In this document: positions 37,916 to 48,372 of the stretch, one piece after another
Position numbering within the stretch: position 1 is the first letter of the stretch
How the letters are laid out: each line of letters begins with the position of its first letter
Assembly: GCA_035499455.1 (NCBI GenBank)
Contig: DATJYS010000007.1
Location: 130,787-194,786, forward strand
Direction: 5' to 3'
Origin: Thermoplasmata archaeon
GTDB taxonomy: Archaea > Thermoplasmatota > Thermoplasmata > Lutacidiplasmatales > UBA184
DNA length: 64,000 nt
Notes under the pieces: model-generated
Databases searched by the model: none
Told to the model about the DNA's origin: nothing
What the model saw: only the letters and a program-made list of their open reading frames with translations
Made by a program: the position numbers and the translations under genes

Positions 37916-38139
37916 ACCCGTAGCCCGACCGCGCCCCGCGGGACCGTGGCTGAGCGCGTCGCACGCGAGCCGGTCCCCCCGGGGTGGGGTCGGCGACCAC
38001 AGGATCGCTGACGGGAACTTCGGGTCGACCCGACCCACCGCCGGGGCGGGTCGCCACCCCTGCCTTATCACCTACCGACGCCTTGCGGGGAGCGTCCAGT
38101 GAGTTTTCACGCTCGTGAGTCGGGCGTGCAAGGAAGAAC

Positions 38140-38463
38140 ATGAAGAAGTTCAAACAGAGCTACCCTCGTCGGGGCCGAATGTTGGCGACCCCGTTCACCC
38201 CGCTCTCGGACGAGGACTTCCGCGTGCTGGTGGCGGGCGGCCTCGCCGTACCGGGCCAGCAGGGAGCGTCCCTGTACGTCGCGAAGTGGCGGGACGGGCC
38301 CGGGGTCGACGCGGACGTCTTTCTGAAGGCGTTGCACGCGCAGGGTTCCTCCCTCGAGGTACGCACCTATCGGTCGGACGTCAACGTCCGCGTCGTCCGC
38401 ACGACTCCCTCTAAGAGGGGCGACCCACCGCTCCCGGTCGCGCGTTCGCCCCGAACGGGCTGA
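38140..38463 (+). CDS. small hypothetical protein
   Basis: 107 aa with a Lys-rich N-terminus (MKKFKQSYPRRGRML) and a non-biased core. The antisense long ORF is R/G-rich. Confidence 0.35.
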   Translation: MKKFKQSYPRRGRMLATPFTPLSDEDFRVLVAGGLAVPGQQGASLYVAKWRDGPGVDADVFLKALHAQGSSLEVRTYRSDVNVRVVRTTPSKRGDPPLPVARSPRTG

Positions 38464-38565
38464 GCGCGATCCCCTCGCCGGGCCCCCGGTGGTCCGGCGG
38501 ACGGCCTCCCGGGTGAACGAAGAAGCGTCGCCGGATTTATCTCGCCCGGCGGGTCCCGAGAATCG

Positions 38566-38961
38566 ATGCCGAAGGTCAGCGTCCGATTCGTGTACGCGGG
38601 ACTCCGCACCCGCGACCTCGCGAAGTCGCTCCGGTTCTACCGGAAGCTCGGGTTCACCGTGTACCGTCGTGGTACGATGGGCCACGGCGGGCGCTGGGTG
38701 CACCTGCAGTTCCCCGGGGCGGTCCAGCGCCTGGAACTGAACTTCTATCCCCGGTCGAACCGGTACTACGAGCCGATCCGCAAGGGGACGGAGTTCGACC
38801 ACCTCGGGTTCCGCGTCTCGGACGTCGAGGCGTGGGAACGAGAGCTCCGACGCCGGAAGCTGCCGATCGTCGCGCGGATCCGGGAGACGCACGAGAACTT
38901 GGTCTACACCCGCGACCCGGACGGCAATTGGATCGAGTTCTTCGGGCCGGTTCCCGGATGA
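38566..38961 (+). CDS. VOC-family (glyoxalase/bleomycin-resistance/dioxygenase fold) protein
   Basis: VRFVYAGLRTRDLAKSLRFYRKLGF...FDHLGFRVSDVEAW...DPDGNWIEFF. Confidence 0.7.
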   Translation: MPKVSVRFVYAGLRTRDLAKSLRFYRKLGFTVYRRGTMGHGGRWVHLQFPGAVQRLELNFYPRSNRYYEPIRKGTEFDHLGFRVSDVEAWERELRRRKLPIVARIRETHENLVYTRDPDGNWIEFFGPVPG

Positions 38962-39073
38962 GCCGCCGTTCGGGGCGCCCGGCCCTCGACCGAGAAGGCG
39001 AGTCGGTGCGATCGGCGGGGGCGTCGGCTCGATCGTTAGGGTCGACCACCCCGACTGGCCTCGGGCGGGCCCG

Positions 39074-39724
39074 ATGAGCGAAATGAATGTGGTCGCGCGG
39101 TTCTTCATCAACCTCGGCAACTCCCGCCGCTCCGCCCGCCTCCTGAGGAGGCTCCGGTCGGCCGGACCGATCCCGTGGGCCGGGCGGATCCTCGAGCTGG
39201 GCGCCGGCCAGGGAGGGCTTTCGGCGCTGCTGCACGCGACGTATCGGCCGAAGCAGGTGACGGTCACCGACTTCGACCCGCGTCAGGTCGACGCGGCGCG
39301 GGCCCTTCTCGTCCGGCGGTTCGGAGCCGTACCGTCGTCGATGGAGCTCCGGGCCGTCGATGCCCGATCGCTCCCGTTCGAGGACGGAGCCTTCGACATC
39401 GTCCTCGCCATCCTGATGCTCCATCACGTGGAGGAACGCCACGGAGAGTACCGCCAACGTCCGGGCGCGCTCCGGGAGATCCGCCGCGTGCTCGCCCCGG
39501 GAGGGCTCCTCATCTACTCCGACTTTTCCCGCACCGCGGAGATGCGCGAGACCCTCGGACAGCTGGGGTTCACGGCCATGTTCCGGCGCCCGGGGTGGCG
39601 CCACCACGAACTCGCCGTGTTCCGCGCACCCGAGTCCGATCCTCCGCTAGCCGCGCGGCCGACCCCGGCCGAGATCGAGGGTACGGTGGCCGCGAACCAC
39701 GGGCCGGTTCCGTCTCCCCGGTGA
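39074..39724 (+). CDS. class I SAM-dependent methyltransferase
   Basis: ILELGAGQGGLSALL (motif I), VTDFD, and DIVLAILMLHHV (motif III). Confidence 0.65.
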   Translation: MSEMNVVARFFINLGNSRRSARLLRRLRSAGPIPWAGRILELGAGQGGLSALLHATYRPKQVTVTDFDPRQVDAARALLVRRFGAVPSSMELRAVDARSLPFEDGAFDIVLAILMLHHVEERHGEYRQRPGALREIRRVLAPGGLLIYSDFSRTAEMRETLGQLGFTAMFRRPGWRHHELAVFRAPESDPPLAARPTPAEIEGTVAANHGPVPSPR

Positions 39725-39804
39725 GACGCTCGGTCTTGCAGGACCGCGGCGCCGATCGGGGATCGGCACCGCGGCCGCTTCTGGTCTCGGGGGACAGCGA
39801 GGCG

Positions 39805-40179
39805 TCAGCCCGGGGGCGGGACGACGTGTGCTTCGACGGTGAGCACCCGATCCACGGGGGGCTTCCACGTCAGCGCCAGGATCCCTCCGATCAGCGTAAG
39901 CAGGAATCCGAGGAAGAGCCCGCCGAGCGCAAACAGGAAGCTGGCGAGGGAGAAGACGATCGCCAGGATTCCCCAGACGACGTGTGCGGAAGGGACGAAG
40001 AGCATCAGCAGCCCGACGACGATCGTGAGCGCCCCGACGGCCAGCCCGATGAAGAAGAATCCCGAGAAGAACCCCAGGGCCGCGAAGATCGCGCCGAGCA
40101 CGGCGAGCACGAACCCTCCGATGAGGATGAAAAACCCGCCCACGATCGTCAGGACGCCGGCCGCAATCGGTCTCGCCAT
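39805..40179 (-). CDS. small multi-pass membrane protein
   Basis: Start MARPIAAGVLTIVGGFFILIGGFVL.... Four TM helices. Preceded by a gene that overlaps its start by 4 nt. Confidence 0.5.
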   Translation of the reverse strand: MARPIAAGVLTIVGGFFILIGGFVLAVLGAIFAALGFFSGFFFIGLAVGALTIVVGLLMLFVPSAHVVWGILAIVFSLASFLFALGGLFLGFLLTLIGGILALTWKPPVDRVLTVEAHVVPPPG

Positions 40180-40307
40180 GCGGCTCCCAGAGGACCCCGA
40201 GGGGAAATTCGTTTCCCTCCCCCCGTCAACGGCCCCGAGCGCCGTCCGGGTCGGTCCGGGCGGGTCGCTCTCGCCTCCCCGGGGGGCCCGACCCCGTCGA
40301 ACGAGGA

Positions 40308-40670
40308 TCACCCGTCGGTGGTCATGCGCACTTCGGACCAGGTGAGGGACCGCGCGGTGAGACGGTCCACTATCGCGTTGATGAGATGGTCCTCAAGGTC
40401 GGAACCCGCGCCCCAGACCGCCCCGAGGAATCCGGCACCGCCGCCAGCGTAACCGACGTCGATCCGTTGCACCGTCGCGTCGAACGTCGCCATCAGGAGG
40501 AGCCCCAGATAGTCGCCCGAGCGGAACGTGTACTTCCGACCGACGAACAGGACGATATTCATCGTGCCGAAAGCGTAGCCGACCGAACTCTGCACGGTCA
40601 CTCCCACGGCGGGAAGGAGCTCGGAGAGCTCCTGCGGGCTGAGCACCCCCTGAACGGTCAGCGCGCGCAT
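40308..40670 (-). CDS. hypothetical protein (operon partner of the membrane protein 39805..40179)
   Basis: Start MRALTVQGVLSPQELSELLPAVGV.... Non-biased composition. Its stop overlaps the start of the downstream membrane gene (40308-40311). Confidence 0.4.
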   Translation of the reverse strand: MRALTVQGVLSPQELSELLPAVGVTVQSSVGYAFGTMNIVLFVGRKYTFRSGDYLGLLLMATFDATVQRIDVGYAGGGAGFLGAVWGAGSDLEDHLINAIVDRLTARSLTWSEVRMTTDG

Positions 40671-40777
40671 AGACCCGTGACCGGTCGGTCCGATCGGTCT
40701 CCGCTCAGTGGGTCGAGGGATCGACGCTTCGCCACTGGGCACTTCCTCCTCCCCAGAGGTTATCGGAAGAAAGAAGA

Positions 40778-41179
40778 TTGCGGGTCGTGCACCCGAGCGT
40801 CTGCCCTCGGTGCGGCGGGTCAACGCCGGGCGCCGCCGCGGTGTGCCAATGGTGCGGCGGCCCACTTCCTCCGCCGTTCTCGCTCCCCCCGGCCGGGTTC
40901 CGGCCGATGGCGATCCCGGCTCCGTCCGCCCCGACGACGTCGCCGGGCGCGATCGCAGTGGGAATCCTGATCCTCATCGGCGGGATCGTCGGGCTCGGTA
41001 TCGCTGCGGTCGTTTCCCACGGCGTGTCGTCGTACAATCAGGGATGTGCGCAGATCCCCCAGTGTTCCCCCCAGTCGGACCCGAGCGGAGGGATCGTGGT
41101 GTTCGCCGTGATCGCGATGATCGTGGGCGGGGTCGCGATCGCCTACGGCGCGCGCGGGTACTTCTCGAACTCGAGTTAG
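40778..41179 (+). CDS. zinc-ribbon (N-terminal) plus two-TM membrane protein
   Basis: CPRCGGSTPGAAAVCQWCGG is a zinc ribbon. It is followed by two hydrophobic helices. Confidence 0.5.
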   Translation: MRVVHPSVCPRCGGSTPGAAAVCQWCGGPLPPPFSLPPAGFRPMAIPAPSAPTTSPGAIAVGILILIGGIVGLGIAAVVSHGVSSYNQGCAQIPQCSPQSDPSGGIVVFAVIAMIVGGVAIAYGARGYFSNSS

Positions 41180-41332
41180 TCTCGTAGCGGCCTCGCGCTT
41201 CGTCCTCTAGGTTTCGGGGCTCCTCGTTCGAGCCCGGGTCCGTGCCGACCCCCGCGCCCCGCCCTCGGCGCTGGGTGTTTCACCGCCTCCCCCCACGCTC
41301 TAAAACCCCACGGCGGCTGGGCTCGAACACCG

Positions 41333-41725
41333 ATGAGCGGCGAAGTTGGCCACTTTGAGATACCCGCAGAGAACACCGAGCGAGCGCGCAGGTTCTACTC
41401 GGAAGCGTTCGGCTGGAAGCCGACGCCGGTCCCGGGGATGGACTACACGATGGTAAGCACCGGGCCGGTCGATGCGAAGGGTATGCCGTCGTCTCCCGGC
41501 CACATCAGCGGAGGGATCGGGAAGCGGGGCGGAGTGCTCGAGCACCCGGTCGTAACGATAGTCGTCGAGGACCTGACGGCCGCCGAGAAGAAGGTCGAGA
41601 AGAACGGCGGAACGATCCTCCAGAAGCGAAAGCCGATCGGCGACGGGAGCATGGGCTTCACCGGCTACTTCAAGGACACCGAGGGGAACGTCGTCGGCCT
41701 CTACGAGTGGCCGAAGCCGAAGTAG
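41333..41725 (+). CDS. VOC-family (glyoxalase-like) protein
   Basis: GHFEIPAENTERARRFYSEAFGWK...GNVVGLYEW. Confidence 0.65.
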   Translation: MSGEVGHFEIPAENTERARRFYSEAFGWKPTPVPGMDYTMVSTGPVDAKGMPSSPGHISGGIGKRGGVLEHPVVTIVVEDLTAAEKKVEKNGGTILQKRKPIGDGSMGFTGYFKDTEGNVVGLYEWPKPK

Positions 41726-42106
41726 ACTCGTCCCGGCGGCCGGAGCTCATCGGGGTCGGGCCCCGACCGACCGTCCCCCGCTGCCGGGCGGCTCGAGCGT
41801 CGCCCGAGGCCCTCGGACAGACGCCGGCGGGTCACCGTTCGAGGCGCCCGGAGCGTACCGCGCCCGGCTCCCGCGCGAGCGCGGGGGGAAGTGCCTTCCG
41901 ATGGATGCGGCATCAGAGGCGTGGGTTGCGGGGTGGTCCCCCAGTCGCTCCCGACGCCGATTCTGCCTCTGGGGGTGCCGGCTCGCTGGGTGCTAGGTCC
42001 AGGTCGCCCCTAGCGGAGGAAACCGCAGCGTCGCAGGACCTCCGGCCGGCGTGAGTTCCCTCGCCGGTTCGAAAGCTCCATATCCCGTGGGCGATAGACC
42101 TCGACC

Positions 42107-42409
42107 GTGATGCCCAATACCGCGCCGAGCAGCCCGCCCGCGCCGTACGCGGCCCCCGCTTCGATGGCCAACGAATGGAAGGCCCGGGGAGGACTGGTCA
42201 AGATGATCGGGTTCGTCATCGAAGGGGCCGGCATCCTCGTCTCGGGCGCGAGCGTGCACTACTTCCTCGATCTGATCAACGGGAACGGCTTGAACACGCA
42301 ATCGCTCTACAACAGTCTGTTCAATACGCTCGAGGCCGGCGTAATGATCGCCGGCGTCGGGGTCATCGTGATCGGGATCGGCCTGTATCTCGAATCCCGC
42401 CAGGCGTAG
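42107..42409 (+). CDS. small two-TM membrane protein
   Basis: 100 aa with two hydrophobic helices (MIGFVIEGAGILVSGA..., GVMIAGVGVIVIGIGLYL). Confidence 0.35.
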   Translation: MMPNTAPSSPPAPYAAPASMANEWKARGGLVKMIGFVIEGAGILVSGASVHYFLDLINGNGLNTQSLYNSLFNTLEAGVMIAGVGVIVIGIGLYLESRQA

Positions 42410-42428
42410 ACCGGCGCGCGTCCGGCCC

Positions 42429-43523
42429 TCAGATCCCGTACATCCGTCGCGCTGCCAGGATCCGGGGGTCATCGTACCCCATCACGTCCGGGTTGCGCCC
42501 CGCCCCGACCGCGAGCCAGTAGGTCAGCAGTTGGAACGGCACGATATCTACGATCGGAGCGACGGCGGGGTCCACCTCGGGCAACGGCCTGAACTCAGCG
42601 TCCGAGCCTCGGGCGCCCCGGGCGAACAACACCGTCTTAGCGCCCGCCCGACCCGCGGCCGCGAGGGCGGTCTCCGCCCGACGCCGGTCGAGATCGGTGA
42701 CCGCCACCCCGAGCACCGCGGTCTGGCCGTCGACCGACGGAAGGACTCCGTGCAGGAACTCCTCTACGCCGACGGCGGCGACGAACCGACCCGCGCCCTC
42801 CCGGAGTTTCAACGCCGCCTCGCGGGCGGTCGCCTGGGCGGCTCCCGACCCGAGGATCAGGAACTTCGGTCGGTCGCGGAGCTCCTCGGCCGTCGTTCGC
42901 CATTCGGCGTCCCGCTCGACGACCCCGCGCACGAACCGTGAGACCTCCTCAAGGGCGGGAAGCTCCTGGCCCGACCAGGCGCGCTGCAAGGCGAGGGCGG
43001 CGGCGATGGCGGTCGTGTAGCTCACCGTGTGGACCCACGCCTTCTCTTCGGCCTCCTGCGTGGGGAGGAGGTGGTCCGCGAGGTCGGAGGAGCGGCTCTT
43101 CGCCGTTCCGCTGATCAGCACCTGCGGAACGCGCGCTGCGCGGAGCGCCCGTTGGGCTTCCAGAGTGAGGGCCGTCTCGCCGGAGGAGGAGAAGACGACC
43201 GCCCCGGCGGCGCGGTCGAGCCGCCGGAGGGACAGAAGGAGCTCGAACGCGTCGGCCGCCCACGCCGGTACCGCATTCCACCCCAGATGATCGCCGGCCC
43301 AGGCGGCGGCGAGCGCCGCGTGGAAGGACGTACCCATCCCGGTGAAGACGAGGGGACGGGCCGCGGCGGGAGGCGGGATCCCTCGAACTCGGTCCGACAT
43401 CCCCCGCAGGGTGGCATGGATCGCCGCGGGCTGCGAGAGGATCATGTCGTGCAGGAAGAACGGGTGCGCCGATCGGCCGTACGGCGGGGACGGATCCTCC
43501 GGTGGAGGGAACTCGATCGTCAT
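42429..43523 (-). CDS. tandem SIS-domain sugar-phosphate isomerase/binding protein (GlmS C-terminal / AgaS-like)
   Basis: Two SIS-like halves: FTGMGTSFHAALAAA..., then VVFSSSGET, then KFLILGSGAAQATAREAALKLRE. Confidence 0.6.
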   Translation of the reverse strand: MTIEFPPPEDPSPPYGRSAHPFFLHDMILSQPAAIHATLRGMSDRVRGIPPPAAARPLVFTGMGTSFHAALAAAWAGDHLGWNAVPAWAADAFELLLSLRRLDRAAGAVVFSSSGETALTLEAQRALRAARVPQVLISGTAKSRSSDLADHLLPTQEAEEKAWVHTVSYTTAIAAALALQRAWSGQELPALEEVSRFVRGVVERDAEWRTTAEELRDRPKFLILGSGAAQATAREAALKLREGAGRFVAAVGVEEFLHGVLPSVDGQTAVLGVAVTDLDRRRAETALAAAGRAGAKTVLFARGARGSDAEFRPLPEVDPAVAPIVDIVPFQLLTYWLAVGAGRNPDVMGYDDPRILAARRMYGI

Positions 43524-43551
43524 CGGTGCGCTGGCAGGATCGACCGTCTCC

Positions 43552-44031
43552 CTACAGTCTATGGTCCAGACGATCGGGCACGCGGGGCAACGCGCTCAAG
43601 TGCCGATCGACCGAGGAGGCGTTGCGAAAGCCGCGGTGCGTGAGTCGGAGCTGGCTCCCGGCTCCGCGCGCGAGGAGTTCGCCGGTCCCGGTCGTCTCCG
43701 CGTCGAGCACTGCGGGCGCCGCCCAGGTTCGCTCCACGAGGGCGTCGGGCACGAGTCGAAGGAACCGCCCGTCCTGGGAGTGGCGTTGGCCCTCAGATTC
43801 GGTCTCGAAGGAGAACGCCGCGCCGATCTTCGCCTCCAACTTCAGAGAGCCCGGGAGGGCGAACCCGCGGTCGAACCGCTCCGTCCACGCCCGATAGACG
43901 GCGGCGGGGCTCGCCGTCATCGTTCGCTCGCCCGTCGGCCGATCGGGTTCGGCGAGGTTCGGACCGGACGCGGTGAGGGCCTCGCGAGCGCGCATCGTTC
44001 TCACCTTCGAGCGGAGGGGAGGCAGTTTCAA
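43552..44031 (-). CDS. SRPBCC-superfamily protein, AHSA1 type
   Basis: MTASPAAVYRAWTERFDRGFALPGSLKLEAKIGAAFSFE...LRLVPDALVERTW. The start may be the internal MRAREA or MTASPA. Confidence 0.5.
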   Translation of the reverse strand: MKLPPLRSKVRTMRAREALTASGPNLAEPDRPTGERTMTASPAAVYRAWTERFDRGFALPGSLKLEAKIGAAFSFETESEGQRHSQDGRFLRLVPDALVERTWAAPAVLDAETTGTGELLARGAGSQLRLTHRGFRNASSVDRHLSALPRVPDRLDHRL

Positions 44032-44078
44032 GACGATTCCCTACCGAGCGTTCGGGGAGCGGGGCTGCGGCGACGGTG

Positions 44079-44951
44079 CTATCCGGGACCGTCGAACCGC
44101 CGCATCCGTCCGACCAGCACGCTCGGGATCTCCCGGAAGGAGACCCACGACATCGGCCGCGGCGGTGCGAGCTCCGCGGGGAACAGAGGCTCCTCGAGCG
44201 CGTCGAGAGCGAACCCGGCGGCGAAGAACGGTCGCAACAGCGCGTTGAGAGGGCGATCGAAGAACAGCTGCGGACGGGGCTGGCCGATCATCGCGAGGCC
44301 CTTCGCCGTCGTGGGTGTGGCGTACCGGTAGACGAACACGCCGCTCCGCTCGACCAGGGTGCCGGCGTCGTCCTCCTCTTCGAGAACGCGGCGCGCTCCG
44401 CTGCCGTTGAAGCACGGGTGGGTCACCGCGAAGACGAACCGTCCTCCGGGGCCCAGGAGCTCCCCGAGGCTCTCCGCCAGCGGCTCGATCGCCGCGATGT
44501 CCATCAGGGCCATCGGACAGACCACGGCCGCGAACCGGTGCGCGCCGAGCGCGCGGAGGGCGGGGCGGTCCGTCGCGTCGAGGCGTCGGTACTCGATCCC
44601 GCGATGATCGACGGACGTGCGTCGCCGCGCGTGCTGGAGCATCGCCTCGCTGAGGTCGGTCGCCAGGACGCGCGCGCCCAGGGTCGCGAGACGGCGAGCG
44701 AACTGACCGTTCCCGCAGGCGATCTCGAGGACCGTCTCGCCCGGACGCACCGCCAGGAGGCGCTCCATCGCGGGAGAGACCAGCAGGCGGTGGGTCGCGT
44801 TCCCCTCTCCCATCCGCTCGTCCCAGAACGCGGCGTTCGCCTCCCAGATCTCCCGGACCTCGTCCGCCGCCGTCCCCGCCTTCCCCCCGCGGGACGCGGG
44901 GGCCTTTCGGGGAGCCCGTGGGGCGGTCATCGCGGGCGCCTCCGACCCCAC
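44079..44951 (-). CDS. class I SAM-dependent methyltransferase
   Basis: VLEIACGNGQFARRLATLGARVLATDLSEAM (motif I plus the acidic loop). Confidence 0.7.
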   Translation of the reverse strand: MGSEAPAMTAPRAPRKAPASRGGKAGTAADEVREIWEANAAFWDERMGEGNATHRLLVSPAMERLLAVRPGETVLEIACGNGQFARRLATLGARVLATDLSEAMLQHARRRTSVDHRGIEYRRLDATDRPALRALGAHRFAAVVCPMALMDIAAIEPLAESLGELLGPGGRFVFAVTHPCFNGSGARRVLEEEDDAGTLVERSGVFVYRYATPTTAKGLAMIGQPRPQLFFDRPLNALLRPFFAAGFALDALEEPLFPAELAPPRPMSWVSFREIPSVLVGRMRRFDGPG

Positions 44952-45021
44952 CGGGGGTCCCGAAGCGGGCGGCGGGCGGAGCGGTCGACCCTCATGGACG
45001 CCGCCCCCCTTCGAAGGGCGC

Positions 45022-47049
45022 TCACCAAATGACGACCTGGCGGCTCGGCGGCTGACGCATCGGCGCGCCGACCGGCACGTCGAACGCCTTCCAGAACTCC
45101 GGCAGGTTCGCGAGCGTCCCGTTGACGCGGAAGTTGCCGGGGGAGTGCGGGTCGATGGAGACCCGGCGCCGCGTCTCCGCCTCCCGCATCGACCCCCGCC
45201 AGATCTGGCCGTAGGAGAGGAAGAACCGCTGTTCGGGGGTGAACCCGTCGATCGTCCGGTTCGGCGTCCGGCCGTCCGCGAGCCGGTGCGCGAGGGCCTC
45301 GTACGCGAGGCTCACCCCGCCGAGGTCGGCGATGTTCTCCCCGGCCGTGAGGGCTCCGTTGAGCGCGAGGCCGGGCAACGGACGGAACCGCGAGTACTCC
45401 CGCACGATGCGGTTCGCCCGCGCGCGGAACTCGCGGGCATCCTTCGGGGTCCACCAGTCCCGGAGGTTCCCGTCCGGATCGAACTTCCGCCCTTGGTCGT
45501 CGTAGCCGTGGGTGATCTCGTGCCCGATGACCGCCGCGATCCCCCCGAAGTTGACGGGGTCGTCCATCGTCGGGTCGAAGAACGGCGGCTGGAGGATCCC
45601 CGCGGGAAAGAAGATCTGGTTCTGCGTCGGCACGAAGTGCGCGTTGACGGTCGGTGGGGTCATGTGCCACTCTTCCCGGTCGACGGCGGCACCGATGCGG
45701 GCCACGTTCCGGTCGATCTCGAACGCCCAGGCCCGGTGCAGGTTGCCGAGGGGGTCCCGGGCGGAGAGGCGGATCCGGCCGTAGTCGCGGTACTTCTCCG
45801 GGTGCCCGATCCGGGTCGTGAACCGGTCGAACTTGGCGACGGCGCGCTCGCGCGTCTTCGGGGTCATCCAGGGGATCCGTTCGAGCCGGGCCCGGAACAC
45901 CTCATGGATGTCGTGGACCAGCTCGAGCATCCGCGTTCGAACCTCCGGCGGGAAGTGGCGTTCGACGTAGAGGCGACCCAGCGCCTCGCCGAGGGCGGCG
46001 TCGACCAGGGCCGTCGCCCGCTTCCAGGGGGGCTCCGGCTTCTCCTGTCCGAGGAGGCGACGATGGAAGAACTCGAAATCCTCCCGTTCGAACCGGGCCG
46101 CGAGGAGGGGGGCGCTGTCGTGCAGGAGCTGCCAGCTCAGGTACGCCCTCCAGTGCGCCGGCGGGATCGACGCGAGGAGGCCGTCCAGGGAATCGAAGAA
46201 CTCGGGCTGCCCGACGATCACGTAGGGGATCTCTCGGACGCCCCGCAGGCGTAGGTACTCCCTCCACCGGAGCCGGGGAAAGCGTCGGTCGAGTTCCCGG
46301 AGCGAGAACCGATGGTAGTTCTTGTCGGGGTCGCGCAGGTCGACGCGGCTGCGGCTCGCCTTCGCGAGGGCGGTCTCGATCGCGAGGACGACCCGCGCCG
46401 CTTCGCGGGCCTCCGCCGGACGGTCCCCGGCCAGCACGCGAAGTGCCCGGAGGTGGCGGAGGTAGTGGGTCCGAAGGGGGGCGAAGCGGTCGAGAAGATA
46501 GTAGTCCCGATCCGGGAGGGAGATGCCGTCCTGCCCTAGATACAGGGCGTACACGGAACTGCGACGTTCGTCGGGGGCGACCGCCGTGGAGAACGCCCCC
46601 GGGATCCCCTTGCGGTGCAGCGCCGCCAGAACGGGGACGATCCCGCCGGCGGTTCGGATCGCCTCGATCCGCCTCAGATCGGTCGCGATCGGGCGCAACC
46701 CCTCCCGCTGCCGCGCCCGGGCGTCCAGAGCCGCGGCGTAGAACGTGCCGACCTGGCGGCTCGCCGGGTCGGAGGAGCTCCCGCGGGTCCGCGCCGCCTC
46801 GTCGAGGATCTCCCGCAGCAGGGCGAAGTTCCGTTCGCGCAGCTCATCAAAGCCGCTCCACCGCGTCTTGTCGGCCGGGATCGGGTGGGCGTCGACCCAG
46901 CCGCCGGCCGCGTATCGGAAGAAGTCGCGGGTCGGGTCGGCCTTCGGATCGATATGACGGATCGAGAATCGGACCGGTTCCCTTGGGGCACCGCGGGGCG
47001 CCGGACGCCGGGAGGCTCTCGGGCCCCTCTTCGTTCCGACCGCGCCCAT
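45022..47049 (-). CDS. M13-family zinc metalloendopeptidase (neprilysin/PepO-like)
   Basis: VIGHEITHGYDD (HExxH) and ENIADLGG (M13 EN-x-AD-x-GG motif). 675 aa. Confidence 0.85.
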   Translation of the reverse strand: MGAVGTKRGPRASRRPAPRGAPREPVRFSIRHIDPKADPTRDFFRYAAGGWVDAHPIPADKTRWSGFDELRERNFALLREILDEAARTRGSSSDPASRQVGTFYAAALDARARQREGLRPIATDLRRIEAIRTAGGIVPVLAALHRKGIPGAFSTAVAPDERRSSVYALYLGQDGISLPDRDYYLLDRFAPLRTHYLRHLRALRVLAGDRPAEAREAARVVLAIETALAKASRSRVDLRDPDKNYHRFSLRELDRRFPRLRWREYLRLRGVREIPYVIVGQPEFFDSLDGLLASIPPAHWRAYLSWQLLHDSAPLLAARFEREDFEFFHRRLLGQEKPEPPWKRATALVDAALGEALGRLYVERHFPPEVRTRMLELVHDIHEVFRARLERIPWMTPKTRERAVAKFDRFTTRIGHPEKYRDYGRIRLSARDPLGNLHRAWAFEIDRNVARIGAAVDREEWHMTPPTVNAHFVPTQNQIFFPAGILQPPFFDPTMDDPVNFGGIAAVIGHEITHGYDDQGRKFDPDGNLRDWWTPKDAREFRARANRIVREYSRFRPLPGLALNGALTAGENIADLGGVSLAYEALAHRLADGRTPNRTIDGFTPEQRFFLSYGQIWRGSMREAETRRRVSIDPHSPGNFRVNGTLANLPEFWKAFDVPVGAPMRQPPSRQVVIW

Positions 47050-47053
47050 CGGA

Positions 47054-47908
47054 TCACTCGGTGGCCGGGTCCGAACGGGGGGAATCCGGGGACGGCAGGG
47101 GGCGGGAGTACTCCTCCATGATCAGCCGCGCGTCCTCCTCGCGCTGGCGCGTCCGGGCCATGAGCTCGCGGCCCTCCCGCTCGACCTCGGCGATCTCCCG
47201 CGACAGGGCATCGACCTGGGCCACCAGCTCGGCGCGGTTCCGTCCGATCACCCGAAGCTCCGCGACGACGGCCCCGGCCGCCTCCAGGTTCGCCGGGATC
47301 TCCGACCGGCGCTTCTCCCGCTCGGCCCGCGAGGCTTCCATCTCCTTCATGATCCGGTCGATCTCCGCGCGGGCGGCGAGGATCGCGGCGTCGGCCTCCT
47401 TGCGCTGCCGCTCGTGCTCGGCGGCGATCTCCTTCCGCGATTCGTAGAGCTGGAGGTCCTTCGCCTTCTGGCGCAGCTCGGCGATCAAGGCGTTCTCCTC
47501 CTCGATCGGGAGCGCGCGGGTCTGCTGGCGGAGCTCGAGCTCCGCCATCTCCTTGCGGAGCTGCTCGGGATTCAGCCGCTCGCCCCGGTCGAACGTGAGC
47601 ACGAGCTCCCGGCGACGGATGACCGCATCCTCGAGCGCCTGGCGGGCCTTGTCCCGGGCGTTCCGGAGCTCCGCCAGGTGGCGGCCGAGCTGCCCGGACT
47701 CATGGTGGAGACGTTCGGCCTCCGCCTGGGGGCCGTGCTGGCCGTAGTAGAGCTCCTGTTGCTTCGAGGTGAGCGCCCGCACCTGGCCGACCAGTTCGCG
47801 GCGCCGATCGAGCAGCGAGTTGAGCCGGCCCTCGAGTTGGCGGAGCCGGTCCCGCTCCGCCCGCTCCTCCCGCTGCCACTGCTCGGAGAACCCCGCGCGG
47901 GAGCGCAT
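47054..47908 (-). CDS. coiled-coil protein, function unknown
   Basis: Long charged heptad-like stretches (ELRQKAKDLQLYESRKEIAAEHERQRKEADAAILAARAEIDRIMKEMEASRAEREKRR). Its stop is 5 nt before the M13 peptidase start. Start taken at MRSRAGFSEQ. Confidence 0.5.
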   Translation of the reverse strand: MRSRAGFSEQWQREERAERDRLRQLEGRLNSLLDRRRELVGQVRALTSKQQELYYGQHGPQAEAERLHHESGQLGRHLAELRNARDKARQALEDAVIRRRELVLTFDRGERLNPEQLRKEMAELELRQQTRALPIEEENALIAELRQKAKDLQLYESRKEIAAEHERQRKEADAAILAARAEIDRIMKEMEASRAEREKRRSEIPANLEAAGAVVAELRVIGRNRAELVAQVDALSREIAEVEREGRELMARTRQREEDARLIMEEYSRPLPSPDSPRSDPATE

Positions 47909-48138
47909 GGGAGCTCCACACGCGGCGAACCTAAAAGGAGCCGGAGCGCCGGTCCCTCGCGGGCCCCCCGGCGTCGCGTTCGGCGGGGCGGGACGCCGCG
48001 CGACCCGCTCCCGGAGGCGGGCCATCGGCTGCGTCGGGAAGGGGGTTTCGATCCGGAACTACGGGCGGCATCAGGGCAGATCCGCGCGACGCCCGCGCGT
48101 ACGGCGCGCCGCGAGTCCGGTGGATCGAGGACGCGGGC

Positions 48139-48372
48139 CTAGCTATCCTTCTTCTCGTCGTCCGAGCGCTTGAACTCCTTCTTCGCCGAGGCGCCCAGCG
48201 ACTTCGCGCCGCTCCAGAGTCCCTTGCCGACCTTCTCCGCCGCGGCACCGGTCTCCTTCGCGAGCTTCACCGTTTCCGCTTCGGCCTTCTGGCCCACTCC
48301 GACCGCGCGACCGCACGCCGCACACGAGGCCGCGCCCGCCGCGAGCTCCGCTCCGCATCCCGCACACTGCAT
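48139..48372 (-). CDS. small zinc-ribbon protein with Lys-rich C-terminus
   Basis: MQCAGCGAELAAGAASCAACGRAV (CxxC...CxxC) then a K/E/A-rich tail. Start taken at MQCAGCG within ORF 48139..48447. Confidence 0.5.
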   Translation of the reverse strand: MQCAGCGAELAAGAASCAACGRAVGVGQKAEAETVKLAKETGAAAEKVGKGLWSGAKSLGASAKKEFKRSDDEKKDS